A DNA stretch of 64,000 bases from Eledone cirrhosa (taxonomy: Eukaryota): assembly GCA_964016885.1 (NCBI GenBank), contig OZ024762.1, positions 15,190,001 to 15,254,000 on the forward strand, read 5' to 3'. Shown here one piece after another: positions 1 through 9,772 of this stretch (the stretch's first letter is position 1; every line of letters starts with the position of its first letter). The position numbers were made by a program, and so were the translations under genes. Under the pieces are notes generated by a model. The model had not been told where the DNA came from. It saw only the letters and a program-made list of their open reading frames with translations, and made no database searches.

Positions 1-2022
1 TGTTTGCTGCTTGCTGTTTCAGCACAGCTGCTGCATGTGAATCCTACATTCTTAATTAAGCTTCCTGAGATCCCGCTACATCTCTTGTGTACCCATTGTT
101 TGCATTTGGGGCAGAGAATGTAGTTCCTACCTACACCTTTCCTACATACTGAGCAAGGCCATTTCCCTGAGGGGATCTGGGTTCTGTTTTCTCGTCTACT
201 TACAAGGACCTTAGTCTTTGTCATGTTGACTTTGAGACCCTTTCTCTCTAGTCCCTGCTTCCAGGTTTGGAATTTATTCTCTAGTTCTATCATAGATTCA
301 GCTATGAGTGCGAGGTCATCAGCATACAGGAGTTCCCATGGGCATCCGGTCTGAAATTCCTCCGTTATTGCCTGCAGGACTATGATGAACAGGAAGGGCT
401 AAGAACAGAGCCCTAGTGAACCCCAACCTGTACGCTAAATTCCTCGCTATACTCATTGCTAATCCTAACTTTGCTGACTGCTCCCCTATACATGGCTTGT
501 ACCGCTTTCACAAGCCATTCGTCTACTCCTAGTTTTCTAAGAGCCCACCAGATTACAGCACGTGGAACTCTGTCAAAGGCTTTCTCAAGGTCGACAAATG
601 CCAAGTAGAGTGGCTTACTTTTAGTTAGGTACTTTTCCTGTAATTGCCTCACAAGGAAGAGGGCATCAGTGGTGCCTCTTCCTGGTACAAACCCAAATTG
701 CATCTCGTCTATATTCACCCAGTCCCTAATCAGCTGTGCTATAACTCTTTGTTACTTTCATGACCTGGTCCATTAACTTTATACCTCTATAGTTTCCTCT
801 ATCTAGTGTATCGCCTTTGCCTTTGTAGCAGTTGACAATGATGCTACTGCACCAATCTTTTGGTATGGCCCCTTCTAGTATTACCTGGTTAACGATACAT
901 CTGGTTATAGTGTGACCTACAGACCCAGATGCCTTCAGCATCTCGGCAGCTATACCGATGGACCGGTTGCCTTCCCCATCTTCATATCTCTGATTGCCTT
1001 ACTTACTACGCTGCCGCTGACTTCTACTGTTGGTCCCTCTATAGGGTCTACTTGGGGTAGGGTCTCTTCTTCCCATGCATTCTCCTCATTTAGTAATCTA
1101 TCATAATGACTCTTCCATGCATCTTTCTTCTCAGCACTTGTGAGGGCAAGCTTACCTTTATCATTCCGGATACACTTCTCTCCAATGACATCACAACTAT
1201 CTCTGACACGCTGCCTCGCAATCTTGAATACCTCCTGTTTCTGGTCCTCACGTTGTAAAACATGCTTGAATTTTCTATCCTCTGCTTCCCTCCTAGCTAA
1301 GTATACTTGTCGCCTAGCTTCCCTCTTGGTCTCTATGTAATGTACCCTGCTCCCCCCCGTTCTTCCATTCTTTCCATGCCTGTCTCTTGGCCCTGACTAC
1401 TTCATCTACCTTATTCTTCCACCACCAAGTCACTCTCCTCCTGCTTGAGGTCTTACTCCAGCCACAGACCTCGTCCGTCGCCTCTAGTAAATTATTTTTT
1501 AGGAACTCCCAGTTCTCTTCTACATTAAATGTCTCTATCTGTTCTTCTTTACTGTCGTAGGCGTTGAGTAAAATATCTTTAAATCTGTTACTGGTTGAGG
1601 GGACTTTCAGCTTCCAGATCTTTCTTCTCCAGGTTGGCCTCTGTTTCAGGGCTCGTCTAGTTCTGACCGTGAGGTTGCTGACAACTAAGCTATGTTGGGA
1701 TGTACATTCCTCACTAGGGAAGGCTTTTGTGTTTACGACCGTCCATCTGTCACGGCCTCTGATGAGGATAAAATCTAACTGACTAGAGTGCTCCCCTGAT
1801 ATATAGGTGATCAGGTGGTTGTCGGGTTTTCTAAAGTTTGTGTTACATATCGACATGTCATTGGCGTCGCAGAATTCTAGAAGTCTGAATCCTTCCTCAT
1901 TCCTTGTGCCAACTCTATAGCCTCCATGTACTCTATTGAAGCCGTCGCAGTGTTTACCTATGTGTCCGTTAAAATCTCCTGCGATGATTAGGAAGTCCTT
2001 GTCGTCTGTTAGAGCAGTAGTG
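1..2022 (-). mobile_element. RTE-clade LINE, 5'-truncated and inactivated (copy 1; 3' part lies outside the window)
   Basis: The minus strand gives an APE endonuclease C-terminus (IIAGDFNGH, QLDFIL, SQHSLVV) and RT motifs (KGKGD..DRGNYRGIKL, QFGFVPGRGTTDA, FVDLEKAFDRV, YADD near 316-327). It has frameshifts and a TAG at 413-415 and is near-identical to 20026-22024. Confidence 0.93.
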
Positions 2023-2799
2023 TGTACAAAGAGATATTATCATCTTTCCTAAAGACCATCGCCTCAGAAAATACCGCATAATTCATGCCACTTGGACCTC
2101 ACGACCGACCCATAATGGTTAATTTTAGTGGCAGAGTGACATGGAGAGGAATGCAGGACCTGTGTTTGCAATAGACTGACAATGCAGGAGTATTACATAT
2201 ACTGTATAGCATATAGAGGAGGATTTAGTGCGATATATAGGGCAGGTAAATTATTTTAGCAGTATTTAGTGGAAGCCTATATGAAAGTAGAGGGATGCAG
2301 GCTTCAATATTTGAGGAACAATCAAGCCCAATTGTGAGTGGATGAGTATAATGGTTTAATGAATTATCTAAACAGATGATAACACTGAGCCTTAAGAAAT
2401 GAAGACAAGATAAGAAACAGAGAAGACATTGACAAACTCCAATTAAAAGCAGGATCAATAATAATGCTTCTATGGAATATTTCAATCCAGAACAGATTAT
2501 GCAATGGCACAAGATTAGAAGTAGTGGAACTGCATAAACATTTTATCGAAGCTTCTCATATCTATGGTCCTTTGATGGGCAGGTGTGTTTTGATCCCAAG
2601 ACTGAAGTTAGCCCCCAGTGGTGCCATCATCCCTTTTACTTTGGAAAGACCCCAGTTTCCATTAAGACTGTCATATGCCATGACAATCAACAAGAACCAT
2701 GTTCAAATACATGATAAAGTGGGTCTGTTTCTCCCTGAGCAAGTATTTAACCCTGGAGAATTGTATGTTGCTTTTTCAAGAGTTCACAGACAGATGTAA
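2023..2799 (+). mobile_element. Helitron RepHel remnant, downstream part (Rep-region fragment fused to Pif1 helicase C-terminus)
   Basis: ORF 2464..2799 has LCNGTRLEV, LIPRLKL, RPQFPLRLSYAMTINK and GELYVAFSRV, which are Pif1-family motifs with the conserved KSQGQ decayed to KNHVQ. The degenerate upstream frame reads QQYLVEAYMKVEG.RLQYLRNNQAQL. Confidence 0.85.
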
Positions 2800-3559
2800 A
2801 AATTAATCCTACCAACCCCACCACTCCTACAACTGTTAGCCCACCCCCAGCACCACCCAACCTCCGTTCTAGTCCCACCGTTAGAACCAATGCTGCTTAC
2901 CCAACCCACTTTTACTAGTTCACTCACTCCGTCGCTCGAATTTCAAAGCTGGCCCTCTACACTTGGTCGTTGCCAGGTCACCACCTGATTGTGCTCTCTG
3001 TGTCTGCATTAGCCGGTACCTAAACGCAATGAAATGTTACCTGTGCTACCAAAACTACCACAGGAACTGTGTCGGCATCAGCAAGGCTTCAATACTAGAC
3101 CTTTAATCAGGGCCACTTTAGCTCCGACGATCAGCTCTCTACCTAGTGTGTGTAGGTGGAGGGGACATGAGACCAGCAAAGTCGTAGGAGTAGAGACTAG
3201 TAAATAATATACGGTCCTAGCTATGTTAAGAATATATATAAGAAACATGTTCTTTACATTTAAGAAGACAAGAGAAATAAATATTTACCTCTTTCATGTA
3301 GGTAATATAGCAGTGTTATAAAACTAATTATACGACCGGTGTAACAGTCGGTATAAATGAAAGATGTAGAAATAAAAGTTTTAACAATGACATGAATAAA
3401 GATACAGTAATTTAATATGAGCAAGAATAAATATTTAATGGAATTAAATGTAATTTAATAAGAAATAAGTAAAAGAATGAATTGCTTAGGTAAAAGAAAA
3501 AAGCAAAATGAAGAAACAGAAAATTTGGTTTGTCTTTATAAACCTTATTTAGACTAATT

Positions 3560-4123
3560 AATCGGGCTGGAAGAAGTTTATGGAGCTGCTTCCTCTCGTG
3601 ACAAAGAAGGGTTTCTCCCTGCGTACAAAAGGTTGGTTGTTTGATGCCTGTGTGAGATGCACAATGTTGCATGGTAGTGAGACATGGGCAGCAACTGCAG
3701 AGGATATGCGAAGGCTGGAGAGAAATGAAGCAAACATGCTCCATTGGATGTGCAATGTCAATGTGCGTGAAAGACCAAGCATGGACGAGTTGAGAGTGAA
3801 ACTCTATAAGAAGGATAGACTGTAGTGTGCGGGAGAGAAGACTGTGTTGGTATGGCCATGCGATGCGTATGCAGGATTACCGCAGGGTGAAGAAGTGCCA
3901 AGTAATCCCAGTGGGAGGAAGACCAAGCAAGATATGGGCAGAGGTAGTGAGAGCTGACCTCAGATCGTTGAAGCTCAGAGGAGATGATGAAGGAGAGATG
4001 CTGCGCTGAAGAGGATCTGTCCCACCCTTATAAGCAGGGAAAAGTGGATGTATAATGATGATGATATATATATGTCCCACCCTTGCAAAAAGGAAAAAGC
4101 AGACGTAAAATGAAAATGCTGAT
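3560..4123 (+). mobile_element. Old RTE LINE 3' fragment with a doubled 3' tail (unit 1)
   Basis: ELLPLVTKKGFSLRTKG.LFDACVR..MLHGSETW and RRLCWYGHAMR..GRPSKIW, homologous to ORF 19366..20298. Ends in gatgatgat-type tails. Confidence 0.88.
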
Positions 4124-4167
4124 ATATATATAGATAGATATGTATATATATATATATATATACTTAT

Positions 4168-4362
4168 ACGTCATGGTGGCTACAGGTGCCAAGAGGAAGA
4201 AGCCGGACAATCTTCTGATATTTGTTTATCTTCCTTTCCTTCGTGGGCCGCGGTAGCCGGGTTTGTGGCCGAAGCAACCAAGTTGAAATCGGCCACCGGT
4301 GGTTGATATCACCAGGTTAGGAAACCCTGGTTTAGTAGCTCCAGTTATTACTTCGTTAGATA
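4168..4362 (-). mobile_element. CRE-like non-LTR retroelement fragment (RLE C-terminus joined to a ~90 bp non-coding segment); present in every unit
   Basis: Across frameshifts the minus strand reads ADFNLVASATNPATAAHE..KINKYQ..SGFFLLAPVAT, which aligns to TNPSIAARLADEYKINKFRCLSWSFFYAPAAVET of ORF 5141. Confidence 0.6.
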
Positions 4363-4527
4363 TAGTCCGTAATTGAAATTAAAGCCTAAAGGTGTACTAA
4401 AGCCACAAACGTTTTTCTATCTATGAATTATTAGTGGTGTAAACAGATGAATTAAAGTCAAAGCTAATAAATATATCACCAAGAAGAATATCTAAGGATT
4501 TCCAAAGTGTAAAGTCAGCTCAAGCCT

Positions 4528-4732
4528 GGAGACTTATCAAGCAGGTGCCTGTCCCAGTTCCTGTAGCGTAAAGGGACTGAGAGTACATGACTTCCCCCTG
4601 GACATGATGTCAGTCCATCGCAGGGTTAACACCCCACCTATATGAAATGAAGTTTTTGCTCAAGTAAAACAACTAACAACGCAGTCCAGGAATCGAATAC
4701 ACATATGATCGTAAGACCAACACACTTACCAC
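4528..4732 (-). mobile_element. tRNA-derived SINE, degenerate; present in every unit
   Basis: Reverse-strand B-box-like gattcctggac near 4685-4700 and body ctggacatgatgtcagtccatcgcagg / gaaatgaagtttttgctcaag, which resemble invertebrate tRNA-SINEs as I recall them. Confidence 0.55.
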
Positions 4733-5100
4733 AAGAATTATTTTGACAAGCCTACATCCTACTGAGCCCAAGAAAGGGGCCTCATAACTAGAACAGGCAT
4801 CATTTGTCCTAAATACGGAGCTGACTTTACATATAAATATATATAGATATATAATTATATATATATATATAGTATGTGTGTGTGTATGAAGATGTATGAC
4901 CCCCTAGCAAGCCAAACTACAGTTACTCCCCAACATGGACAGCAAATTAAAATATTACCTGTTAGAGACGAACGTAAAATGATTTGTTAGTGAACTACCG
5001 GTGTAACAGTAATTATGTTACCGGTGTAACTATTTCTGTTTACCTTATTTTTAAATCACACTCCTATATTAGTTTAGTGACCTTTCAATTCAAATAAATT

Positions 5101-5525
5101 CTTGATGATGAGTGAACTCGCATCGGAGTAGCCCAACGCCTTGGCCTCCGCGTGTGTGAGCCACATAAATGGTCTCAACGACATAGTGAGAAGAAGCCTG
5201 GACGCAGCTGAATTTCCATCTCAACTGGAGCCAGCAGGCCTAGACCGCGGAGATGGCAAGCACCCCGAGGGAATCACCCTCTTCCCATTCGAAGGAGGTA
5301 GATCCACAAACCCCAGCATCGCAGCCCGTCTCGCAGATGAATATAAAATAAACAAATTCCGGTGTTTGTCCTGGAGCTTCTTCTACGCACCAGCCGCTGT
5401 CGAGACCCCCAGGCCTACTTGGACCCATTACAGCCGAGCTCCTCCGCAACATCGGAGTGTCTGTGGCCCGTCTGAAGATGAAGTGCCACGAGGTTGGATG
5501 GTTGTTGCAGCAGGTGTCACTGCCC
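5101..5525 (+). mobile_element. CRE-like (RLE-bearing) non-LTR retrotransposon C-terminal fragment (unit 1)
   Basis: LDDE*TRIGVAQRLGLRVCEPH, then NGLNDIVRRSLDAAEFPSQLEPAGLDRGDGKHPEGITLFPFEGGRS..KINKF..APAAVET. The zinc knuckle and WD motif are deleted and RPDG has decayed to HPEG. Confidence 0.78.
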
Positions 5526-5739
5526 TTACATATATATACGTAAATGTTCCCTTGACTGCTATTTCTAGCATATATTAATAGACACTTTAGAAACAGCAGC
5601 TAAAAATCAGGAAACAACAGTGGCTGTCTGTATATATATACACAGAGAGAAAAAGAGAGAGAGAGAGATAGAGAGAGCAGCCAAAGACACACACACACGC
5701 ACATACACACAGGTGTATGTATATATATGTGTGTCTTTG

Positions 5740-5861
<122 letters not shown>

Positions 5862-5978
5862 CAGTGATCCCCTTCGCAACCTTTAATTAAACAAACCTGC
5901 GATGAGGCGATGATCAAAATAACCACCAAAATGTCAACAAACGGATACACGATAACATGTGTAGACGAAGTAAAACTT

Positions 5979-6564
5979 TTATTACTGTAATATAAAGTAG
6001 AAACCCTTTATTTAAACAAAGCTGCGATGCAGCAAGGATCAAAAGAAACTTCAAAATGTAAACAAACTTCTCGTAGGTGCTGCCAGATACACGATAACAT
6101 GTGTATACGAAGTGTATCTGGAAGTTTGGTCGTATTATATCGCTTTCAAATTGACCCCTATTATATTCAAATTATCCCCTGTGGGGCGTGCACCCCACGT
6201 TGAGAATCCCTCATAAATAAATATATGTGAGTGTGTTGCTATGACTGCTATTTCTAGCAGGTTTACTGCTGTCCTGTAGACGCACAACGAAAACCGGAAG
6301 TGGCAGCCATTAAAAAACTTTGGCTTAAAATCAGGCAAAAGTTTTTTAACAATTTGCCAAGAAAGATAACTGTTGTCTTACTTAATCGCAAAAATCGAGG
6401 CAAAAATTTTGCGGGTGTGCAGTTTGTTTGGTGTATTTGACTGCTATTTCTAGCATGTATGGACGCTTTAGAAATAGCAGCGAAACACGGAAAACAGCAG
6501 AAAGAAGGACACACACCTATATATATATATATATAGGTGTGTGTCCTTCTTTCTGCTGTATATA

Positions 6565-6624
<60 letters not shown>

Positions 6625-7522
6625 CCAGGTATACACTCACCCATACTTATATATACGCGTGTATATATATATAAATATATATATTTAAATGTATATATAT
6701 CTGTGCATATATGTATATGTATATATGTATATATATATATATATATATATACAGATACATAATTATATATATATATACGTGTGTGTCCTTCTTTCTGTTG
6801 TTTTCCGTGTTTCGCTGCTATTTCAAAAGCGTCCATACATGCTAGAAATAGCAGTCGAATACACCAAACAAACTGCACACCCGCAAAATTTTTGCCTCCA
6901 TTTTTGCGATTAAGTAAGACAAGAGTTATCTTTCTTGGCAAATTGTTAAAAAACTTTTGCCTGATTTTAAGCCAAAGTTTTTTAATGGCTGCCACTTCCG
7001 GTTTTCGTTGTGCGTCTACAGGACAGCAGTAAACCTGCTAGAAATAGCAGTCAAATACACCAAACAAACTGCACACCCGCAAAATTTTTGCCTCGATTTT
7101 TGCGATTAAGTAAGACAACAGTTATCTTTCTTGGCAAAACAGCCTGGTTTGTTAAAAAAATTTTGCCTGATTTTAAGCCAAAGTTTTTTAATGGCTGCCA
7201 CTTCCGGTTTTCGTTGTGCGTCTACAGGACAGCAGTAAACCTGCTAGAAATAGCAGTCATAGCAACACACTCACATATATTTATTTATGAGGAATTCTCA
7301 ACGTGGGGTGAACGCCCCACAGGGGATAATTTGAATATAATAGGGGTCAATTTGAAAGTGATATAATACGACCAAACTTCCAGATCCACTTCGTATACAC
7401 ATGTTATCGTGTATCTGGCAGCACCTGCGAGAAGTTTGTTTACACTTTGGGGTTTGCTCTGATCATCGCTGCATCGCAGCTTTGTTTAAATAAAGGGTTT
7501 CTACTTTATATTACAGTCATAA
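5979..7522. repeat. Long inverted repeat (unit 1): left arm ~5979-6516, microsatellite spacer, right arm ~6779-7522
   Basis: ttattactgtaatataaagtagaaaccctttatttaaacaaagctgcgatgc is the reverse complement of gcatcgcagctttgtttaaataaagggtttctactttatattacagtcataa. The same spurious ORF appears on opposite strands (6135..6338 minus, 7010..7366 plus). Confidence 0.95.
6841..7258 (+). repeat. Tandem duplication of a 196/206 bp module bounded by gctagaaatagcagtc
   Basis: The 16-mer occurs at 6841, 7037 and 7243. The second module has ~10 extra bases (cagcctggtt). Confidence 0.9.
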
Positions 7523-7623
7523 CACTTTTACAAGACTCGGATTGTTTTTATATTAAAGGGGGGACATAAACATATTTTAAATGTCGAGGTGGGGCATGGT
7601 GCAGAGAAGGTTTTAAACCACTG
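7289..7623. mobile_element. Putative hAT-type MITE remnant; its inverted partial copy forms the outer left arm
   Basis: Starts gagg(g/a)attctcaacgtggggtg and ends aaggttttaaaccactg, resembling cagtggttctcaacc-type hAT termini. No TSD is discernible. Confidence 0.4.
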
Positions 7624-7713
7624 ATATATATTTATTTATGCCCTTCTTTCTGTTGTTTTTTAAACTCTGAACTCAGCATTTTTCTGTTGTTCTCCGGGAT
7701 TCTAGCAAAGTAT

Positions 7714-7749
<36 letters not shown>

Positions 7750-8141
7750 GTCAACCTCAGACTCGAAAAAGCCGCCGCTAATCGTGATCGTTGGGGTTAT
7801 AATTAGACTAAACTGCTTCCACTGGGCACCATTAGCTGGTTGTGATCATTGGAGAATTCTTTCTGCGCTGAAAGAGCCTAGGACTAAAAGATATATATAC
7901 AGATGTCGAAACGGCAGTAGCACAGCCGTTGGGGTCCTGAATATTTTCACATCTATATATATGTGTGTATTCTGCGATATTTATAATTACATAAGTAAGC
8001 ATATTTGAATAACAAAATTTGAGGTTTAAATACTTTATTTTTTACCAATAACATACAGAAAGGCATGAATAACACCACATGTTAATTACTTTAATATTGA
8101 AAGTGGGCTTATAAATATTAAATTCAGCAGATTTTTGTAGC

Positions 8142-8214
8142 CTTCATGGTGGTCTGGTGGGTGATACCAGAGATGGTGGAGGTCCTGGTCTCGGGTTCAA
8201 TACTGTTCATGGGT
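8142..8214 (+). pseudogene. tRNA-like remnant / SINE head (every unit)
   Basis: A-box-like tggtctggtgg, B-box-like ggttcaatac, partial acceptor pairing ttcatg/catggg, and a poly-T run ~20 bp downstream. Stems are poor. Confidence 0.35.
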
Positions 8215-8301
8215 TACATATAAGGTTTCATGCTTCTTTTTTTTTTTTTTTTTTTTATATCCTCTTTTCTTCTTATCCCTAGATATAAATATATATACAT
8301 A

Positions 8302-8410
8302 AGGTAATTTGGTAGAATTGTTACAACATCCGATAAAATTCTTTGCAGTATTTTTCCAGTTCTTTACTCCGAGTTCAACTTTACCTTTCTTCCATTCGGT
8401 GTCGATAAGT
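8302..8410 (+). mobile_element. Degenerate tRNA-SINE of the same family as 10229-10397, opposite orientation
   Basis: gagttcaactttacctttcttccattcggtgtcgataa matches the reverse complement of tatcgacctcataaggatgaaaacaaagtcaacc...gaac. Confidence 0.55.
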
Positions 8411-8526
8411 CTTGAATATTTCTAACGTAGCAACAACTGGAGCTACTTAACCAAGTTTTCCTAACCTAGTTGATATCACCTACCGGTTGGAGATTTAAAC
8501 TGTTGGCTGGGACAATGACACACTAA

Positions 8527-8774
8527 TCAGTCAGATTCCAACTCACTATGTCTGGCATATATTTTATACTTTATATTTCAATGAAGTTCTGTAAGTAACC
8601 TGGTGGCTTAGATGGCAATACTGCTCGAATAGATGGCTTCTATTATGAAGTTATAAGTTCATTCCCTATCCAGGATTGTAGAATTAATTTTATTTAGTTA
8701 TTATTTAATCAATTCTTTTAACAAACAAATTATATCTATAAAACGCCAAATATAGTGAGTTCAAATCTGACTGA
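8527..8774. mobile_element. MITE-like element with ~40 bp imperfect terminal inverted repeats enclosing a tRNA-like sequence (every unit)
   Basis: tcagtcagattccaactcactatgtctggc versus the reverse complement of the right end, tcagtcagatttgaactcactatatttggc. Confidence 0.6.
8597..8677 (+). pseudogene. tRNA-like cloverleaf remnant
   Basis: Acceptor aacctgg/ccaggat (6/7 pairs), A-box tggcttagatgg, stem-loop aatag-atggctt-ctatt, T-arm ataag-ttcattc-cctat (4/5). The D-stem is broken and the acceptor is mutated (ccacgat) in units 4-7. Confidence 0.4.
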
Positions 8775-8995
8775 CATGCATGGTATATATTTATGTTTCA
8801 TTATACAGCAAACTTATAAAGATATATATATATTGTCCAGGAGTTTCGAGTTTAGTGGGAATTGGTACAACTCTCAATTGGAGCTAGTCCCTGCAAGATC
8901 AGCATAAATAATGTTATACCTTTTCATGAAATCTTGCACACCCGATATTTTATACATGATTATTTAAAGGTGAACAAAAACCAAAGAACATTGAG

Positions 8996-9145
8996 CAGCA
9001 TTTCTCAACCTTTCTACCCATGTTGATCTCTTGAAATAGTTTTTATGTCTCAGGGAAGCCCTGCATAAAATATACTTTTTCTATCTCTAGAGCAGTGGTT
9101 CCCAAATCGTGTGCTGCGAGATGAAACTAGATGAGCTGCAAAAGA
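8996..9145 (+). mobile_element. Two hAT-like terminal fragments
   Basis: cagcatttctcaacctttc and (tctagag)cagtggttcccaaatcgtg resemble hAT 5' termini. No matching opposite ends were found. Confidence 0.35.
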
Positions 9146-9207
9146 CTAAGATTAAGTTTTAAGATGTGAAAAATATAAAACTGAAATTTCATATAAAAGT
9201 TCAAATA

Positions 9208-9430
9208 TAGCTACAGCCACAAACCTAGGCTCCACACCCCGCAACGCAGAGGAGAGTAAGATAGTACCGAGGCCTGACTCACCTCTTCCACTCCATTGAG
9301 ACCTCTGCCATACTTGGTCCCCGTACTGCTGATTTTCTCCATAAAGTCGGGAGGAAAGACGGCAGGTGCGACTATTGTAGCAGGTGTTTCTGTTCTTGCT
9401 CCGAGGTAACGCTTTTACGTTTCTTCCACG
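9208..9430 (+). mobile_element. Third CRE-like RLE C-terminal fragment (every unit)
   Basis: Across frameshifts: ATATNLGSTPRNAEESKI..YRGLTHLF..IETSAILGPRTADFLHKVGRK..LLRGNAFTFL, matching the ET.G.lG...FL..iG...QRGNA ending of CRE-type ORFs. Confidence 0.68.
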
Positions 9431-9772
9431 GGTTGCGGCTGAGGGACCACTTAGACTGGGGTGAAGTGTCTGTCCCTCCCCCGACTTCTTATTTCTTTTC
9501 TTTTCTCTTCTTGCTTATCTCTGCTATACCACGGCATCAAAAATATATATGATATATGTATGTATGGTATAGGTGTATTTATATTTAGGATAGTTATCGA
9601 AGGTAAATAGACTGGTTGGAGCAATAACAGTCTTGTTTATGTATATAAATATATATATATATATATATGTTTGTTCTTGTATTTCCATAGAAAAGGTAAA
9701 GAAAAGAAGAATGCTCTATGTATTGTACAGAGCTATTTAATTACATAATAAACAACTGAATATAATTATTCC

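Noticed and set aside
2464-2799. Host PIF1 helicase gene
   Set aside because: Only the C-terminal motifs remain, they are decayed, and they are directly fused to Helitron Rep-region remnants.
6841-7258. CRISPR-like repeat-spacer pattern of the 16-mer gctagaaatagcagtc
   Set aside because: The intervening sequences are ~180-190 bp copies of each other, not unique spacers. The context is eukaryotic and there are no cas genes.
7010-7366. 118-aa ORF conserved in most units
   Set aside because: It has no recognisable domain. Conservation simply reflects recent duplication, and the same text appears on the opposite arm.
7865-7940. Possible hammerhead ribozyme (ctgaaagag ... cgaaacggc-agtagcaca-gccgtt)
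   Set aside because: Stem III is plausible, but the CUGANGA spacing is off, stem II is interrupted by TA repeats and no stem I forms. At most a decayed relic.
9344-9487. GC-rich segment with terminal complementarity (aagtcggg/cccgactt) followed by a T-rich tract, suggesting a Pol III or snRNA-type gene
   Set aside because: It matches no snRNA, 5S, Y or vault motif I recognise, and most of it translates as the CRE-like RLE C-terminus, so the pairing is probably incidental.
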